The notes under the pieces: model-generated
Databases searched by the model: none
What the model was told of the DNA's origin: nothing
The model's input: only the letters and a program-made list of their open reading frames with translations
NCBI GenBank assembly: GCA_950097015.1
Contig: CATNEN010000001.1
Coordinates: 14,694,001-14,758,000, forward strand
DNA length: 64,000 nt
Direction of reading: 5' to 3'
Source of the DNA: Macrostomum hystrix
Taxonomy: Eukaryota; Animalia; Platyhelminthes
Made by a program: the position numbers and the translations under genes
Part shown: positions 33,801-48,800 of the stretch, piece by piece
How positions within the stretch are numbered: the stretch's first letter is position 1
How the letters are laid out: every line of letters begins with the position of its first letter

Positions 33801-36800
33801 GTGAGTCTAGATAGGTCATAGTGAGTCAAGATGGGTCATAGTGAGTCAAGATGGGTCATAATGTGCCAAGATAGGTCGTGGTGAGTCATGATGAGTCATA
33901 ATAAGTCTAGATGGGACATAATGAGTCAGGATGGGTCATAATGTGTCAAGATGGATCATGGTGAGTCAAGATGGGTCATGGTGAGTCAAAATGGGTCAAA
34001 GTGAGTCAATATGGGTCATAGTGAGTCTAGATAGGTCATATTGAGTCAAGATGGGTCATAATGTGCCAAGATAGGTCATGGTGAGTCATGGTGAGTCATA
34101 ATGGGTCATAATATGTCTAGATGGGTCATAATGTGTCAAGATGGATCATGGTGAGTCAAGATGGGTCACGGTGAGTCAATATGGGTCATGGCGAGTCAAG
34201 ATGGGTCACGGTGAGTCAATATGGGTCATGGCGAGTCAATATATGGATCATGGCGAGTCAATATGGACCATAATGAGTCAGGATGGATCATAAAGAGTCA
34301 GTAATTGTCAAGATGCAGCAGAAACTATTTAAGAAATCAAGATGGTTTATGCAAATTGAAAAAAATTCTTAGGTAGGAAACAGGTACAGCGTATTGTTGC
34401 AGTTTAGTGGCACAATATCTTGATTCCAATTTTCTCTAATATTTCTTTAGCTAAAAATAACTGTTTCTCTGACATGTTTCATACTGACCAGTGTGCACAA
34501 TTAGACAGATTCAGATCGCACAGAATGAATCATGAGTATGAGTCCTGAGTTCTGGAATATTGAATTGTGCGATTTGATCAATAGAAAACGCGGAATTCCA
34601 TTTAGAGTTTTGCTTAGTCAACGAAATCAATAATGCAATGTTACAAGCTAGTTTTTGTAGACATTAACGTTTAAAACTTTTTTTTCCAGCTTGTTTGAAA
34701 ACAAAATATAACTTCAGAATAACAAGTTAATTTAGAGTGGAAAATCCCTTCAGAATAGCAAACAAAATGACTTCGGGCAAGCTAAAAGTACTTCAAAACA
34801 ACAAGTTACTTCGATATGATAATTTAACTTCAGAAAAACGAAACTAGTAAAGAATAACAAATCACTTAGTAATAATAATAATTGCAGGAGGGCTGCGGGC
34901 AATGGCACATCATTTGGTGACACTAGACCCGAAGCCAGCGAGGAGGCAATTCTGCCCATTCCGCTGATTCCTGAGCACACACGCACACAGGTGTGTACAT
35001 CTGCCCAGACTTTCTCATCGTCAGGCAGTGTACACTCTCACTGTGCCTTGGAGGCTGGCCCTCAAGGGCGCAAATTGCACGACAAGCCCCCAAGCCTTCT
35101 CTCCGCGGCTGCGCCCCAAATGTATATGAACTCGCCGCGGAATCGAGCTCAGGGACCTTGGCGCGAGAGGCAAACGCGTTAGGTCGCGTTCTTCTTTAAC
35201 AAGAAGAAACTAAAGAAACCTATTAAATGAATAAACAGGGCACGGGCGGCGCGGCGGACGTGGTAGCGGCGGCTTTCGACTCGTATTTTCAAGACGACAG
35301 TTCAGCGGAAACTAGCAAAAAGGAACTGGAAACTGAGGAGGCCAAGCAGGTCCGCCTGTCCAGCAAGTTAGTACTCACTCGCTTGCCGCTTGAGTTTACT
35401 GCGGCCTTGTCTCACCCATTTCTAACAACTCTCACCTATATCTAACAACTCTCACCTATATCTAACAACTCTCACCTATATCTAACAACTCTCACCTATA
35501 TCTAACAACTCTCACCTATATCTAACAACTCTCACCCATTTCAAACAACTCTCACCTATATCTAACAACTCTCACCTATATCTAACAACTCTCACCTATA
35601 TCTAACAACTCTCACCTATATCTAACAACTCTCACCTATATCTAACAACTCTCACCTATATCTAACAACTCTCACCTATATCTAACAACTCTCACCTATA
35701 TCTAACAACTCTCACCTATATCTAACAACTCTCACCTATATCTAACAACTCTCACCTATATCTAACAAGTCTCACCTATATCTAACAAGTCTCACCTATA
35801 TCTAACAACTCTCACCTATATCTAACAACTCTCACCTATATCTAACAACTCTCACCTATATCTAACAACTCTCACCTATATCTAACAACTCTCACCTATA
35901 TCTAACAACTCTCACCTATATCTAACAACTCTCACCTATATCTAACAACTCTCACCTATATCTAACAACTCTCACCTATATCTAACAACTCTCACCTATA
36001 TCTAACAAGTCTCACCTATATCTAACAAGTCTCACCCGTGTCTAACAAGTCCCGCCCGTGTCTAACAAGTCTCACCCGTGTCTAACAAGTCTCACCCGTG
36101 TCTAACAAGCCACACCCGTGTCTAACAAGTCTCACCCGTGTCTAACAAGCCTCACCCGTATCTAACAAGTCTCACCCGTGTCACAATCGCCGCAGGCTCA
36201 GGGGCATTTGTCAGGAGTTTTTCAACCCAGCCGAGGGCAGCTTTGACTACACTAAAGAGGTGGAAATGCTTCACGCGATCATGATGCAGCACACCAGCCT
36301 CATTGAAGTCTTTGATATGGAGGAAGATTTTGATTTGGACGGCAAAATGATTGCGTCATTGCTGAGCAGCGGTAGGAAATCTGCCTGTGAACCTAAAAAA
36401 ATAATAGCAAATTATATTTTCACAAATTGAATTTCACAGCTGGCAGTGACACCGGACAGGACCAGTTGAACCTGAAGCAGTTGAAGATCTGTCTCACACT
36501 GAATCGAGCCGACATAGCCAGAGATAAAATATTTCTGGAGAATAAAAAATGGAAGGTTGGAATAAGTTTTCAATTGTACATTTCTTTGTACTAACCGTTA
36601 CATCTTTGACTCTTCAATGTTATTTTATTATCTAATTTCTACAGAAAGGCAACCTTAACGACTTCATGTATCAGGCACTAATGGAGGATAGACATGATTT
36701 TGTGAAACTGTTTCTTGAACAAGGATTCAGTCTGGAGGACTTCTTGACTGTGTACATTCTTGAAAAATTGTACACAGACCAGCTGAAACGACTGGTGAGT

Positions 36801-39800
36801 TGTGATTGGCTGCTTGGCTTCTGTGGTTTTACTCGCAGATCCTAACTACATCAGATATTGATTTCTGTTTTACTGCTTTCAGAACTCAAAGGTCGCCATC
36901 TTCTTGCAGTTATGGGAGTACTACAGATCACACAGGGTAGGTGTCTGGCAAGTATAGATCTACTGTCTAACTAGTATAGATCTACTGTGTGACTAGTATA
37001 GATCTACTGTCTAGCTAGTATAGATCTACTGTCTAACTAATATAGATATACTGTCTAACTAGTATAGATCTACTGTCTAACTAGTATAGATCTACTGTGT
37101 GACTAGTATAGATCTACTGTCTAACTAGTATAGATATACTGTCTAACTAGTATAGATCTACTGTCTAACTAGTATAGATCTACTGTCTAACTAGTATAGA
37201 TCTACTGTCTAACTAGTATAGATCTACTGTATAGCTAGTATAGATCTACTGTCTAACTAGTATAGATCTACTGTCTATCTAGTATAGATCTACTGTATAA
37301 CTGTATTATGTCTACTGTATAGCTAGTATATCTACTGTGTACTAGTATAGATCTACTGTATAGCTAGTATAGATCTACTGTCTAACTAGTATAGATCTAC
37401 TGTATAACTGTATTATGTCTACTGTATAGCTAGTATATCTACTGTGTACTAGTATAGATCTACTGTATAGCTAGTATAGATCTACTGTATAGCTAGTATA
37501 GATCTACTGTATAACTAGTATAGATCTACTGTCTAACTAGTATAGATCTACTGTATAGCTAGTATAGATCTACTGTATAACTAGTATAGATCTACTGTAT
37601 AACTAGTATAGATCTACTGTATAACTAGCTCGTAGTATAGATCTACTGTATAACTAGTATAGATGTACTGTATAACTAGTATAGATCTACTGTATAACTA
37701 GCTCGTAGTATAGATCTACTGTATAACTAGTATAGATGTACTGTATAACTAGTATAGATCTACTGTCTAACTAGTATAGATCTACTGTATAACAAGTATA
37801 GATCTACTGTATAACTAGTATAGATCTACTGTCTAACTAGTATAGATCTACTGTCTAACTAGTATAGATCTACTGTCTAACTAGTATAGATCTACTGTAT
37901 AGCTAGTATAGATCTACTGTATAACTAGTATAGATCTACTGTCTAACTAGTATTATGTCTACTGTATAACTAGTATAGATCTACTGTATAACTAGTATAG
38001 ATCTACTGTCTAACTAGTATAGATCTACTGTATAGCTAGTACAGGGTCTTCAAAACTAAAAGACACGCGACCGCTCTGCCAATAAAGGGCTCGGTAACTC
38101 AGAGACTCAGAGATCTCAAATGGAGAGGACTCCAATCAGTCGGTCAAATGTTTAGACACAGGCATGAGTGTCTGGTGAGACTGTTTCTTAGAAAGCTGAG
38201 AAAAAAAATTGCGTGCATCGCTTAAATTGCTTTTTTAGAAAAAAAACTTATTTGCTTTAATATTATCCCATATAGCAATGCGATTTTTACTAAATTATAG
38301 TGCGCTTATCTTGACTTTGACAACCGATGAAAAACTGTTTTATATCTAATAAAAGATCAGCAGCTAGCTAGCTAATTAGTTTCAGCCTCAATTTGTAGTT
38401 TAGCAAGATAGCTAGGGCAGACCTTAAAATCCTGCCCTGAGGGTAAGGCTTTGTGCAATCTGTCTTTTCTAGAATCACATTCTCGTTGAAGTCGTTTGAA
38501 GTGATTTTTTTGCTGTTCCATTTACCATCGACTTACGAAAAAGATTCGGTTTAAACTGCATCCCGGCTTTGGTGTATTCAGTGCTAGTCTAGTCACTGTA
38601 ATGTGCTGAAGAAATAGAATGGATTGCTAGTCTAGTCACTGTAATGTGCTGAAGAAATACAATGGATTGCTAGTCTAGTCACTGTAATGTGCTGAAGAAA
38701 TAGAATGGATTGCTAGTCTAGTCACTGTAATGTGTTGAAGAAATAGAATGGAGTGCTAGTCTAGTCACTGTAATGTGTTGAAGAAATAGAATGGATTGCT
38801 AGTCTAGTCACTGTAATGTGCTGAAGAAATAGAATGGATTGCTAGTCTAGTCACTGTAATGTGCTGAAGAAATAGAATGGATTGCTAGTCTAGTCACTGT
38901 AATGTGCTGAAGAAATAGAATGGATTGCTAGTCTAGTCACTGTAATGTGCTGAAGAAATAGAATGGATTGCTAGTCTAGTCACTGTAATGTGTTGAAGAA
39001 ATAGAATGGATTGCTAGTCTAGTCACTGTAATGTGCTGAAGAAATAGAATGGATTGCTAGTCTAGTCTAGTCACTGTAATGTGTTGAAGAAATAGAATGG
39101 AGTGCAAGTCTAGTCACTGTAATGTGTTGAAGAAATAGAATGGATTGCTAGTCTAGTCACTGTAATGTGCTGAAGAAATAGAATGGATTGCTAGTCTAGT
39201 CACTGTACTGTGCTGAAGAAATAGAATGGATTGCTAGTCTAGTCACTGTAATGTGCTGAAGAAATAGAATGGATTGCTATTCTAGTCACTGTAATGTGCT
39301 GAAGAAATAGAATGGATTGCTAGTCTAGTCACTGTAATGTGCTGAAGAAATAGAATGGATTGCTAGTCTAGTCACTGTAATGTGCTGAAGAAATAGAATG
39401 GATTGCTAGTCTAGTCACTGTAATGTGCTGAAGAAATAGAATGGATTGCTAGTCTAGTCACTGTAATGTGCTGAAGAAATAGAATGGATTGCTAGTCTAG
39501 TCACTGTAATGTGCTGAAGAAATAGAATGGATTGCTAGTCTAGTCACTGTAATGTGTTGAAGAAATAGAATGGATTGCTAGTCTAGTCACTGTAATGTAT
39601 TGAAGAAATAGAATGGATTGCTAGTCTAGTCACTGTAATGTGTTGAAGAAATAGAATGGATTGCTAGTCTAGTCACTGTAATGTGCTGAAGAAATAGAAT
39701 GGATTGCTAGTCTAGTCACTGTAATGTGCTGAAGAAATAGAATGGATTGCTAGTCTAGTCACTGTAATGTGTTGAAGAAATAGAATGGATTGCTAGTCTA

Positions 39801-42800
39801 GTCACTGTAATGTATTGAAGAAATAGAATGGATTGCTAGTCTAGTCACTGTAATGTGTTGAAGAAATAGAATGGAGTGCTAGTCTAGTCACTGTAATGTG
39901 TTGAAGAAATAGAATGGATTGCTAGTCTAGTCACTGTAATGTGCTGAAGAAATAGAATGGATTGCTAGTCTAGTCACTGTAATGTGTTGAAGAAATAGAA
40001 TGGATTGCTAGTCTAGTCACTGTAATGTGCTGAAGAAATAGAATGGATTGCTAGTCTAGTCACTGTAATGTGCTGAAGAAATAGAATGGATTGCTAGTCC
40101 AGTCACTGTAATGTGCTGAAGAAATAGAATGGATTGCTAGTCTAGTCACTGTAATGTATTGAAGAAATAGAATGGATTGCTAGTCTAGTCACTGTAATGT
40201 GCTGAAGAAATACAATGGATTGCTAGTCTAGTCACTGTAATGTGCTGAAGAAATAGAATGGATTGCTAGTCTAGTCACTGTAATGTGCTGAAGAAATAGA
40301 ATAGATTGCTAGTCTAGTCACTGTAATGTGCTGAAGAAATAGAATGGATTGCTAGTCTAGTCACTGTAATGTGCTGAAGAAATAGAATGGATTGCTAGTC
40401 TAGTCACTGTAATGTGCTGAAGAAATAGAATGGATTGCTAGTCTAGTCACTGTAATGGATTTAAGAAATACAATGGATTGCTAGTCAGCTATTATTAGAT
40501 AACCTGAAATATAATATTAATTGAAAACGATCAACTTGCAGAGCAGCAAGCAGGTGAAGCTCAGGGAGGTTGGCAAGGTCATCAAGGTGCTGGTTGGTGA
40601 TTTCTACCAGCCTCTCTACACCAAGAAGGATTTCGAAGGCAACTTGGCCAATCCGACGACCGGAAGCAAACAGCGATCCGGAAGTTCTGCTAGTGGCAGC
40701 CGTAAGCGATTTTTTAAATTGTTTTTCATACTACTCAGTCTTAAGGTAGTAGAGTGACGCGCTTTTTACGCAATGCTTGCTTTCGAAATGTGACTTCAGA
40801 CACTCAGTTTGATTAATCGACTGCCAGTTCGAAATTCTTCTAACAAGAACATTTTTTCTAGCAGAGCGAGTTTTTTAATTTTAACGTTACAGCTTTGAGA
40901 GCGTTACTTTCTTTTAAATGTTTTCGCTAACGTTAATTTTAATAAAAACTTCTTCACAAAAAGTGTTGCTTTAAATAAATCTTTACTTTACACAAAGCGT
41001 TAATTTACACAACTCGTTACTTCACACAAAGCGTTACTTAAGGCAAATCTTTATTTGACTTAAGTTTTTACTCTACATAAAGCGTTACTTCACACAAGTC
41101 GTTACTTTAAACATCGCACTAGTTTAAAAAGTCGTTACTTTTTAAAAAGCTCTACTTTTTTCTAAACCTTACTTAAAAACCGCTGCTTTCCTTAAAATCG
41201 TTACTTTTACGTATTCATGTACTAGTCAAGTTAAAAAGTTAAATGTCAAATATATATTTACAAAGACGGCTTGTCTTTTTTTGAGATTTCATCCCTCTTA
41301 TCTGACAGATTCACCAAAAATCCTCTCTTATCAGATCGCAAAGATAAGTCGTCTATCGAAGCTGGCTTTCATCAGCATCAGCAGCAGCAGAAGTTTTCGC
41401 AGCTAATGCGGCAGCAGCAGCGGCAGCAGCAATCAGGCACAGAGCTGCAGATCCTTGAAGCCGGAGGCCAAATCTGCGACTACGAAAGATCTCCAGTGAA
41501 CTTCAGTGGTAGAGGTGAGCATTTTTGTTAAAAGTACATCTTTTGGTCGGGATGTTGAGACTCCTTTTTTAACACCTGCATTCATTCGACTAACACGTAT
41601 AGCAACTAGATTCTTAATCTAGCACATATGGTCGTTTTCTAACACCTAGAGTCATTGTATAACACATAGAGTCAATGTCTAACACCTAGAGTTATTGTCT
41701 AACACCTAGAGTCATTGTCTAACACCTAGAGTCATTATCTAACACCTAGAGTCAATGTCTAACACCTAGAGTTATTGTCTAACACCTAGAGTCATTATCT
41801 ACGAACACCTAGAGTCAATGTCTAACACATAGAGTTATTGTCTAACACATAGAGTCAATGTCTAACACCTAGAGTTATTGTCTAACACCTAGAGTCATTA
41901 TCTAACACCTAGAGTCAATGTCTAACACCTAGAGTTATTGTCTAACACCTAGAGTCATTATCTACGAACACCTAGAGTCAATGTCTAACACATAGAGTCA
42001 TTGTCTAACACCTAGAGTCATTTTCTAACACCTAGAGTCATTGTCTAACACCTAGAGTTATTGTCTAACACCTAGAGTCATTGTCTAACACCTAGAGTCA
42101 TTGTCTAACACCTAGAGTCATTATCTAACACCTAGAGTCAATGTCTAACACCTAGAGTTATTGTCTAACACCTAGAGTCATTATCTACGAACACCTAGAG
42201 TCAATGTCTAACACCTAGAGTTATTGTCTAACACCTAGAGTCATTGTCTAACATCTAGAGTCATTGTCTAACACCTAGAGTCATTGTCTAACACCTAGAG
42301 CCATTGTCTAACATCTAGGTTCCTTGTATAAAGAGTATTTAGCAATGCACAATATCTAACTTTGCGCTGAATTTTTACGATGAAAGGCCACGCCAGGAAG
42401 CGAGACCTGGCAATCGCCAATAACATCAGCTCAGAATCCAATGTCACAGCTTTTACTGGCATCCTGTTTATGGATGAAGGTATTTATTTGTCTAAAATCT
42501 TATTTTATAACTATTCTAATTATTCGGTACAGGCTGTATATTTGTTATTCTGTTATGGGTAGAAGATTGCAACAAAATATGAATTATCTTAAATTTCTAT
42601 CTATCATTTTTAGTGCATGGGATTTTGTTTTAATTAAAGTCCTTTAACTTGAATTTTATTTTGTGCCTGTATTGCTTATTACTTGTCCGTAGTTTTGTCA
42701 CTGTTTTTATAACAAGAAACAAAGCAGTTCATATGGTTAACTTATAATAGTTAAAAGCCATTGTTAACTAACTATTGTTTGCAATATTCGTTAAAAAATC

Positions 42801-45800
42801 ATTTACTTTTGAAATGATTATAAAGAAAACACTTTTTACAATTCACATATTTTGTGAGTGATTAAATTTTTGAGCTATTTAAACAAAATTATTTTTTTAC
42901 TTTTTACATTTTCAACATTAAATTACTTAATACTCGTAGAAGTACAATCTATGACATTTGGTAGAATCTTTATTCTATCATAAAATTGTTTAAAAAAGTC
43001 TAAAAATCTTTGAGAGAATAAATAATAGAGTTAATGTCTAACATTGTTTTATATTCATTTTTTATTTTTAATTTCCCGGTAAAACTCTTAATATAATGTA
43101 TTTTATTAACTCCTTAATTTGACCTTCACTTGTACCTTTCTTTGACCTTCATATATACCCTAAATTGACCTTCATTTGTACCCTGATTGGACCTTTACTT
43201 GTACCTTTATTTTACCTTTATTTTACCTTCATTTGTACCCAAATTTGACCTTCATTTGTACCCTAATTTGACCTTCATTTATAACTCGCCTTACCTTCAG
43301 AGGACGAAAGCTTCTCCGACGCCGGCGGTCTAGGCTTCGCCAATCCGATGCTGGACGACGGTGGATTCGATTCGCCATCCTCGCCTGCCGACGGTAGCGG
43401 CGATGCGGCTACCGCTGGCTCCGGCAATATAAAGCGGGTTAAAAGTGAGCATTGTGCCTGATTTTGACTGATTTTTTCGACACACCATTTGGTTTCCAAC
43501 TGAGGTTGGCGCAGCTAGAGACATTTTGGTTGCGAGTGACGTCATGAGGCGAATGAGAAAACACGAAGAAACTTAGAGAGTGTGAGATGCAGCGACGGGG
43601 TTGATGCAGGGAAGGTGAGATCTAGGTACGAAGTTGGGGGTCACTGGCAGAGCGGTCTAACACGTCTACCTCTCGCGCCAAGGTCCCTGAGCTCGATTCC
43701 GCGGCGAGGCCACATTCATTTGTGGCGCAGCCGCGGAGAGAAGGCTTGGGGGCTTGTCGTGCAATTTACGCCCTTGAGGGCCAACCTCCAAGGCACAGTG
43801 AGAGTGTACACTGCCTGACGATGAGAAAGTCAGGACAGATGCACACACCTGTGTGAGCGTATGCCTGCGTACAGATCTGTGTGCGTGTGTGCTCAGGAGT
43901 CAGCGAAATGGGGCCAGAATTGCCTCCTCGCTGACTGCGGGTCTAGTGTCACCAAATGATGTGCCACTGCCCGCAGCCCTCCTGCAATTATTATTATGGA
44001 TGTAGTTGATGCAGAGGGATCAGGAATGATGAGACGTAGAGACAGAGATTTAGAAGGGAGAATTGTAAGGTGGGATAGATGTACAGATCTAGAGAGGGAA
44101 ATATTTATTGGGAAATCAATTTAAGTAAGGAAGGGATTCAGCCAGCTGACCCAGCTGTGATATTTGTCCACGGACTCCCAGTCGTCCCAGTCCACGGACT
44201 GAACAGCTGTGCAAAGCCGCTGTGCGACTAACTAAGCATTTTGGTGTTGGCTAGGTTTTATTGCGGTCAATCACAATTTCAACAAAATTTTGCGGCTAAA
44301 CTTAACTAACAATAGGAGGCAATCGCAAAGTGGTGGTTGCCAGTGGCAACCTGAGACCCACTCTGCGGAGGAGGCGATCCTCATTGGAGATGCTTCAGGA
44401 GCTCGAGGTGCTGCACCGGAAACTTAAACCGGAACCGGCGAGATTGCTCAGTCAGCATGCGGGACAGCCAACACCTGCTGCTGCTGCTGCTGCTGCTGCC
44501 CCAGGCCCCCAAGCAGAAGGTTTAAGAAGTAGCTTAAACCTTAAATTAAAATATAATATTTATTTTCCTATAAGAAATGCAATTTTTTACTTTTTGGTTA
44601 CTGGCGTGAAAGGTTTTGAAAACTAGCCTAAAATAGGTTTTTCTCGATGCTTTCAATGGACTTTCAATGTCGTTTGAAAGCAATTTTTAAAGTTTTTTGT
44701 GGTGACCAGTTATTTATTATTTCAAATGAACATTATTGACGACCGTACTGTAATAGATAAGTGCAAAATGAAAGGGAAGAGAGAGAGAGAGTAAGTGACA
44801 GATAATGGGGGCTGAGAGGTTTTAGGGAGTTGAGTTTCAGGGAGGTGAGATGTAGTCAGGTGAGATTTAGTAACACCTAGAGTAACACCTAAATATGTCA
44901 TATTTAGGAAGGTGAGATTTAGGAAGGTGAGATTTAGGGGGGTGAGATGTAGGGAGGTGAGATTTAAGAAGGTGAGATGTAAGGAGGTGAAATTTAGTGA
45001 AGTTAGATATAGGGAGGTGATATGTAGGGAGGTGAGATGTAGGGAGGTGATATGTAGGGAGGTGAGATGTAGGGAGGTGAGATTTAGGGAGGTGAAATGT
45101 AGTCAGGTGAGATTTAGTAATGTCATATTTAGGAAGGTGAGATTTAGGAAGGTGAGATGTAGGGAGGTTGTAGGGAGGTGAGATTTAGTAATGTCATATT
45201 TAGGAAGGTGAGATTTAGGAAGGTGAGATTTAGGGGGGTGAGATGTAGGGAGGTGAGATTTAAGAAGGTGAGATGTAAGGAGGTGAAATTTAGTGAAGTT
45301 AGATACAGGGAGGTGATATGTAGGGAGGTGAGATGTAGGGAGGTGAGATGTAGGGAGGTGAGATTTAGGGAGGTGAGATGTAGTCAGGTGAGATTTAGTA
45401 ATGTCATATTTAGGAAGGTGAGATTTAGGAAGGTGAGATGTAGGGAGGTTGTAGGGAGGTGAGATTTAGTAATGTCATATTTAGGAAGGTGAGATTTAGG
45501 TGGGTGAGATTTAAGAAGGTGAGATGTAAGGAGGTGAAATTTAGTGAAGTTAGATATAGGGAGGTGATATGTAGGGAGGTGAGATGTAGGGAGGTGAGAT
45601 GTAGGGAGGTGAGATGTAGGGAGGTGAGATGTAGGGAGGTGAGATTTAGGGAGGTGAGATTTAGGGAGGTGAGATGTAGTGAGTTAAGGAATAAGGTGTC
45701 AGTTGGGTGAAGAACCAACCTTATGTTTTAAAAGCAAGGAATGAAATGAATTAAACTGATTCAACAGAATGAATAGATGCAGGGTGAGTTGCGCCTGGCG

Positions 45801-48800
45801 TCTATTTTATGCCGTGTCAGATATGACAGAATTGAAAGTTTTCTCTGAACCAAAGCTGACCCTTCTCCCATCTCAAACAAACCAAAGGCAAAGGATTTCG
45901 ACTGAGACGTCGTCGATCTTCGCTGGAGTTCATGGAGGCGATGCAGCTACCCCCAGGCTCCCAGTCGGAGCTCAGGCAGCAGCAGCAGCAGCAGCAGCAC
46001 ACCATGATTGGGCCTGCTCCAACTGGCACGAAAGTCCTGACTGAAGAGGGTAAATGCTACTTATGAACCAAGCCTGAACCAACAATGGGACTTTTCTCTT
46101 ACCCCTGAGGCTTCAGTGGGACTATTCTTCTCTTTCACCTGAACTTTCAGATGATTTTTCTACAGCCTTCTTAAATCGATGTTAAATAAGAGTTTAAAAT
46201 TTCAGAGACAAAAGCCAAGTCCATAAATTTGGAAAGGCCCGCTCGAGAGCTGCTCATCTGGTCGCTGCTAGTTGGCAAACTGCAAATGGCCGAGCTGTTT
46301 TGGACTATGGAGAAGGTTAAACCTGATTGCAGTGTACTCTCCACGATTAGCTTTAAATATCATCTACTCACTCTAATCTACTCACTATAATCTACTCACT
46401 ATAATCTACTCACTCTAATCTACTCACTATAATCTACTCACTATAATCTACTCACTATAATCTACTCACTATAATCTACTCACTATAATCTACTCACTCT
46501 AATCTACTCACTCTAATCTACTCACTCTAATCTACTCACTCTAATCTACTCACTATAATCTACTCACTCCAATCTGCTCACTATAATCTGCTCACTCTAA
46601 TCTACTCACTATAATCTACTCACTCCAATCTGCTCACTATAATCTGCTCACTATAATCTACTCACTCTAATCTACTCACTCTAATCTGCACACTCTAATC
46701 TACTCACTCTAATCTACTCACTATAATCTACTCACTCTAATCTACTCACTCTAATCTACTCACTATAATCTACTCACTATAATCTACTCACTCTAATCTA
46801 CTCACTCTAATCTACTCACTCTAATCTACTCACTCTAATCTACTCACTCTAATCTACTCACTCTAATCTACTCACTCTAATCTACTCACTATAATCTACT
46901 CACTCTAATCTACTCACTCTAATCTACTCACTCTAATCTACTCACTATAATCTACTCACTCTAATCTACTCACTCCAATCTGCTCACTATAATCTGCTCA
47001 CTCTAATCTACTCACTATAATCTACTCACTCTAATCTACTCACTCTAATCTGCACACTCTAATCTACTCACTCTAATCTACTCACTCTAATCTACTCACT
47101 ATAATCTACTCACTATAATCTACTCACTCCAATCTACTCACTCCAATCTGCTCACTATAATCTGCTCACTATAATCTACTCACTCCAATCTGCTCACTAT
47201 AATCTGCTCACTATAATCTACTCACTCTAATCTACTCACTCTAATCTGCACACTCTAATCTACTCACTCTAATCTACTCACTCTAATCTACTCACTATAA
47301 TCTACTCACTATAATCTACTCACTCCAATCTACTCACTCCAATCTGCTCACTATAATCTGCTCACTCTAATCTACTCACTATAATCTACTCACTCCAATC
47401 TGCTCACTATAATCTGCTCACTATAATCTACTCACTCTAATCTACTCACTATAATCTACTCACTATAATCTACTCACTATAATCTACTCACTCTAATCTA
47501 CTCACTCTAATCTACTCACTCTAATCTACTCACTATAATCTACTCACTATAATCTACTCACTCCAATCTGCTCACTATAATCTGCTCACTCTAATCTACT
47601 CACTATAATCTACTCACTCCAATCTGCTCACTATAATCTGCTCACTATAATCTACTCACTCTAATCTACTCACTATAATCTACTCACTATAATCTACTCA
47701 CTATAATCTACTCACTCTAATCTACTCACTCTAATCTACTCACTCTAATCTACTCACTATAATCTACTCACTATAATCTACTCACTCCAATCTGCTCACT
47801 ATAATCTGCTCACTCTAATCTACTCACTATAATCTACTCACTCCAATCTGCTCACTATAATCTGCTCACTATAATCTACTCACTCTAATCTACTCACTCT
47901 AATCTGCACACTCTAATCTACTCACTCTAATCTACTCACTCTAATCTGCTCACTCTAATCTACTCACTCTAATCTACTCACTCTAATCTACTCACTCTAA
48001 TCTACTCACTCTAATCTACTCACTCTAATCTACTCACTCTAATCTACTCACTCTAATCTACTCACTCTAATCTGCACACTCTAATCTACTCACTCTAATC
48101 TACTCACTCTAATCTGCTCACTCTAATCTGCTCACTCTAATCTACTCACTCTAATCTGCTCACTCTAATCTGCTCACTCTAATCTACTCACTCTAATCTG
48201 CTCACTCTAATCTACTCCCTTCTCCAGGAGCCAGTGGCGGCAGCTCTCCTGTCATCGATGATTCTGAAAGCCATGGTGGGTCGCACGGATGACTTCACTG
48301 ACAAGGAGGACTTTCAGCGCGGCGCAGCCCTGTTCGAAGACCATGCTTGGGGCGTGCTGGACCAGTGCTACCGCGAGGACGAGCGCAGAGCTCTACTGCT
48401 CATCAACCGTGAGCTGCGATTCTATGGCGACAGCTCCTGTATCTACCTGGCTGCCGAGGGCGAGAGCATCAAGTTCATGGCGCACCCGTGCTGCCAGGAC
48501 TTCCTCACCAGCACCTGGATGGGCCGGCTGAGCGCCAAGAATTCCATGACCAGATTCTCAATAGGGGTCCTTTGCGGCCTCGTCTGCCCCCTGCTGGTGC
48601 CCAGTGTTATGCTGTACAAGCTCACCGACAGGGAGATCGAGAGACAGGCTGTTGAGCAGCAGCAGCAGCAGAAATCGGCTGCGGCTACCAATACCGGATC
48701 GTCAAGCGTTGCTATGGCAACCGTTGATCCGGAGTCTGGAGGCCAAAATTTTATGGAAATGGAGAAGTAAGATTCCTCTGCGACCATCTCAATGTGTTAG

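Noticed and set aside
38583-40486. CRISPR-like array
   Set aside because: The 43-bp units are head-to-tail with no unique spacers, there are no cas genes, and the context is a eukaryotic intron.
43636-43710. tRNA gene
   Set aside because: The A and B boxes belong to the head of a multi-copy SINE with an (ATT)n tail, and no complete cloverleaf is evident.
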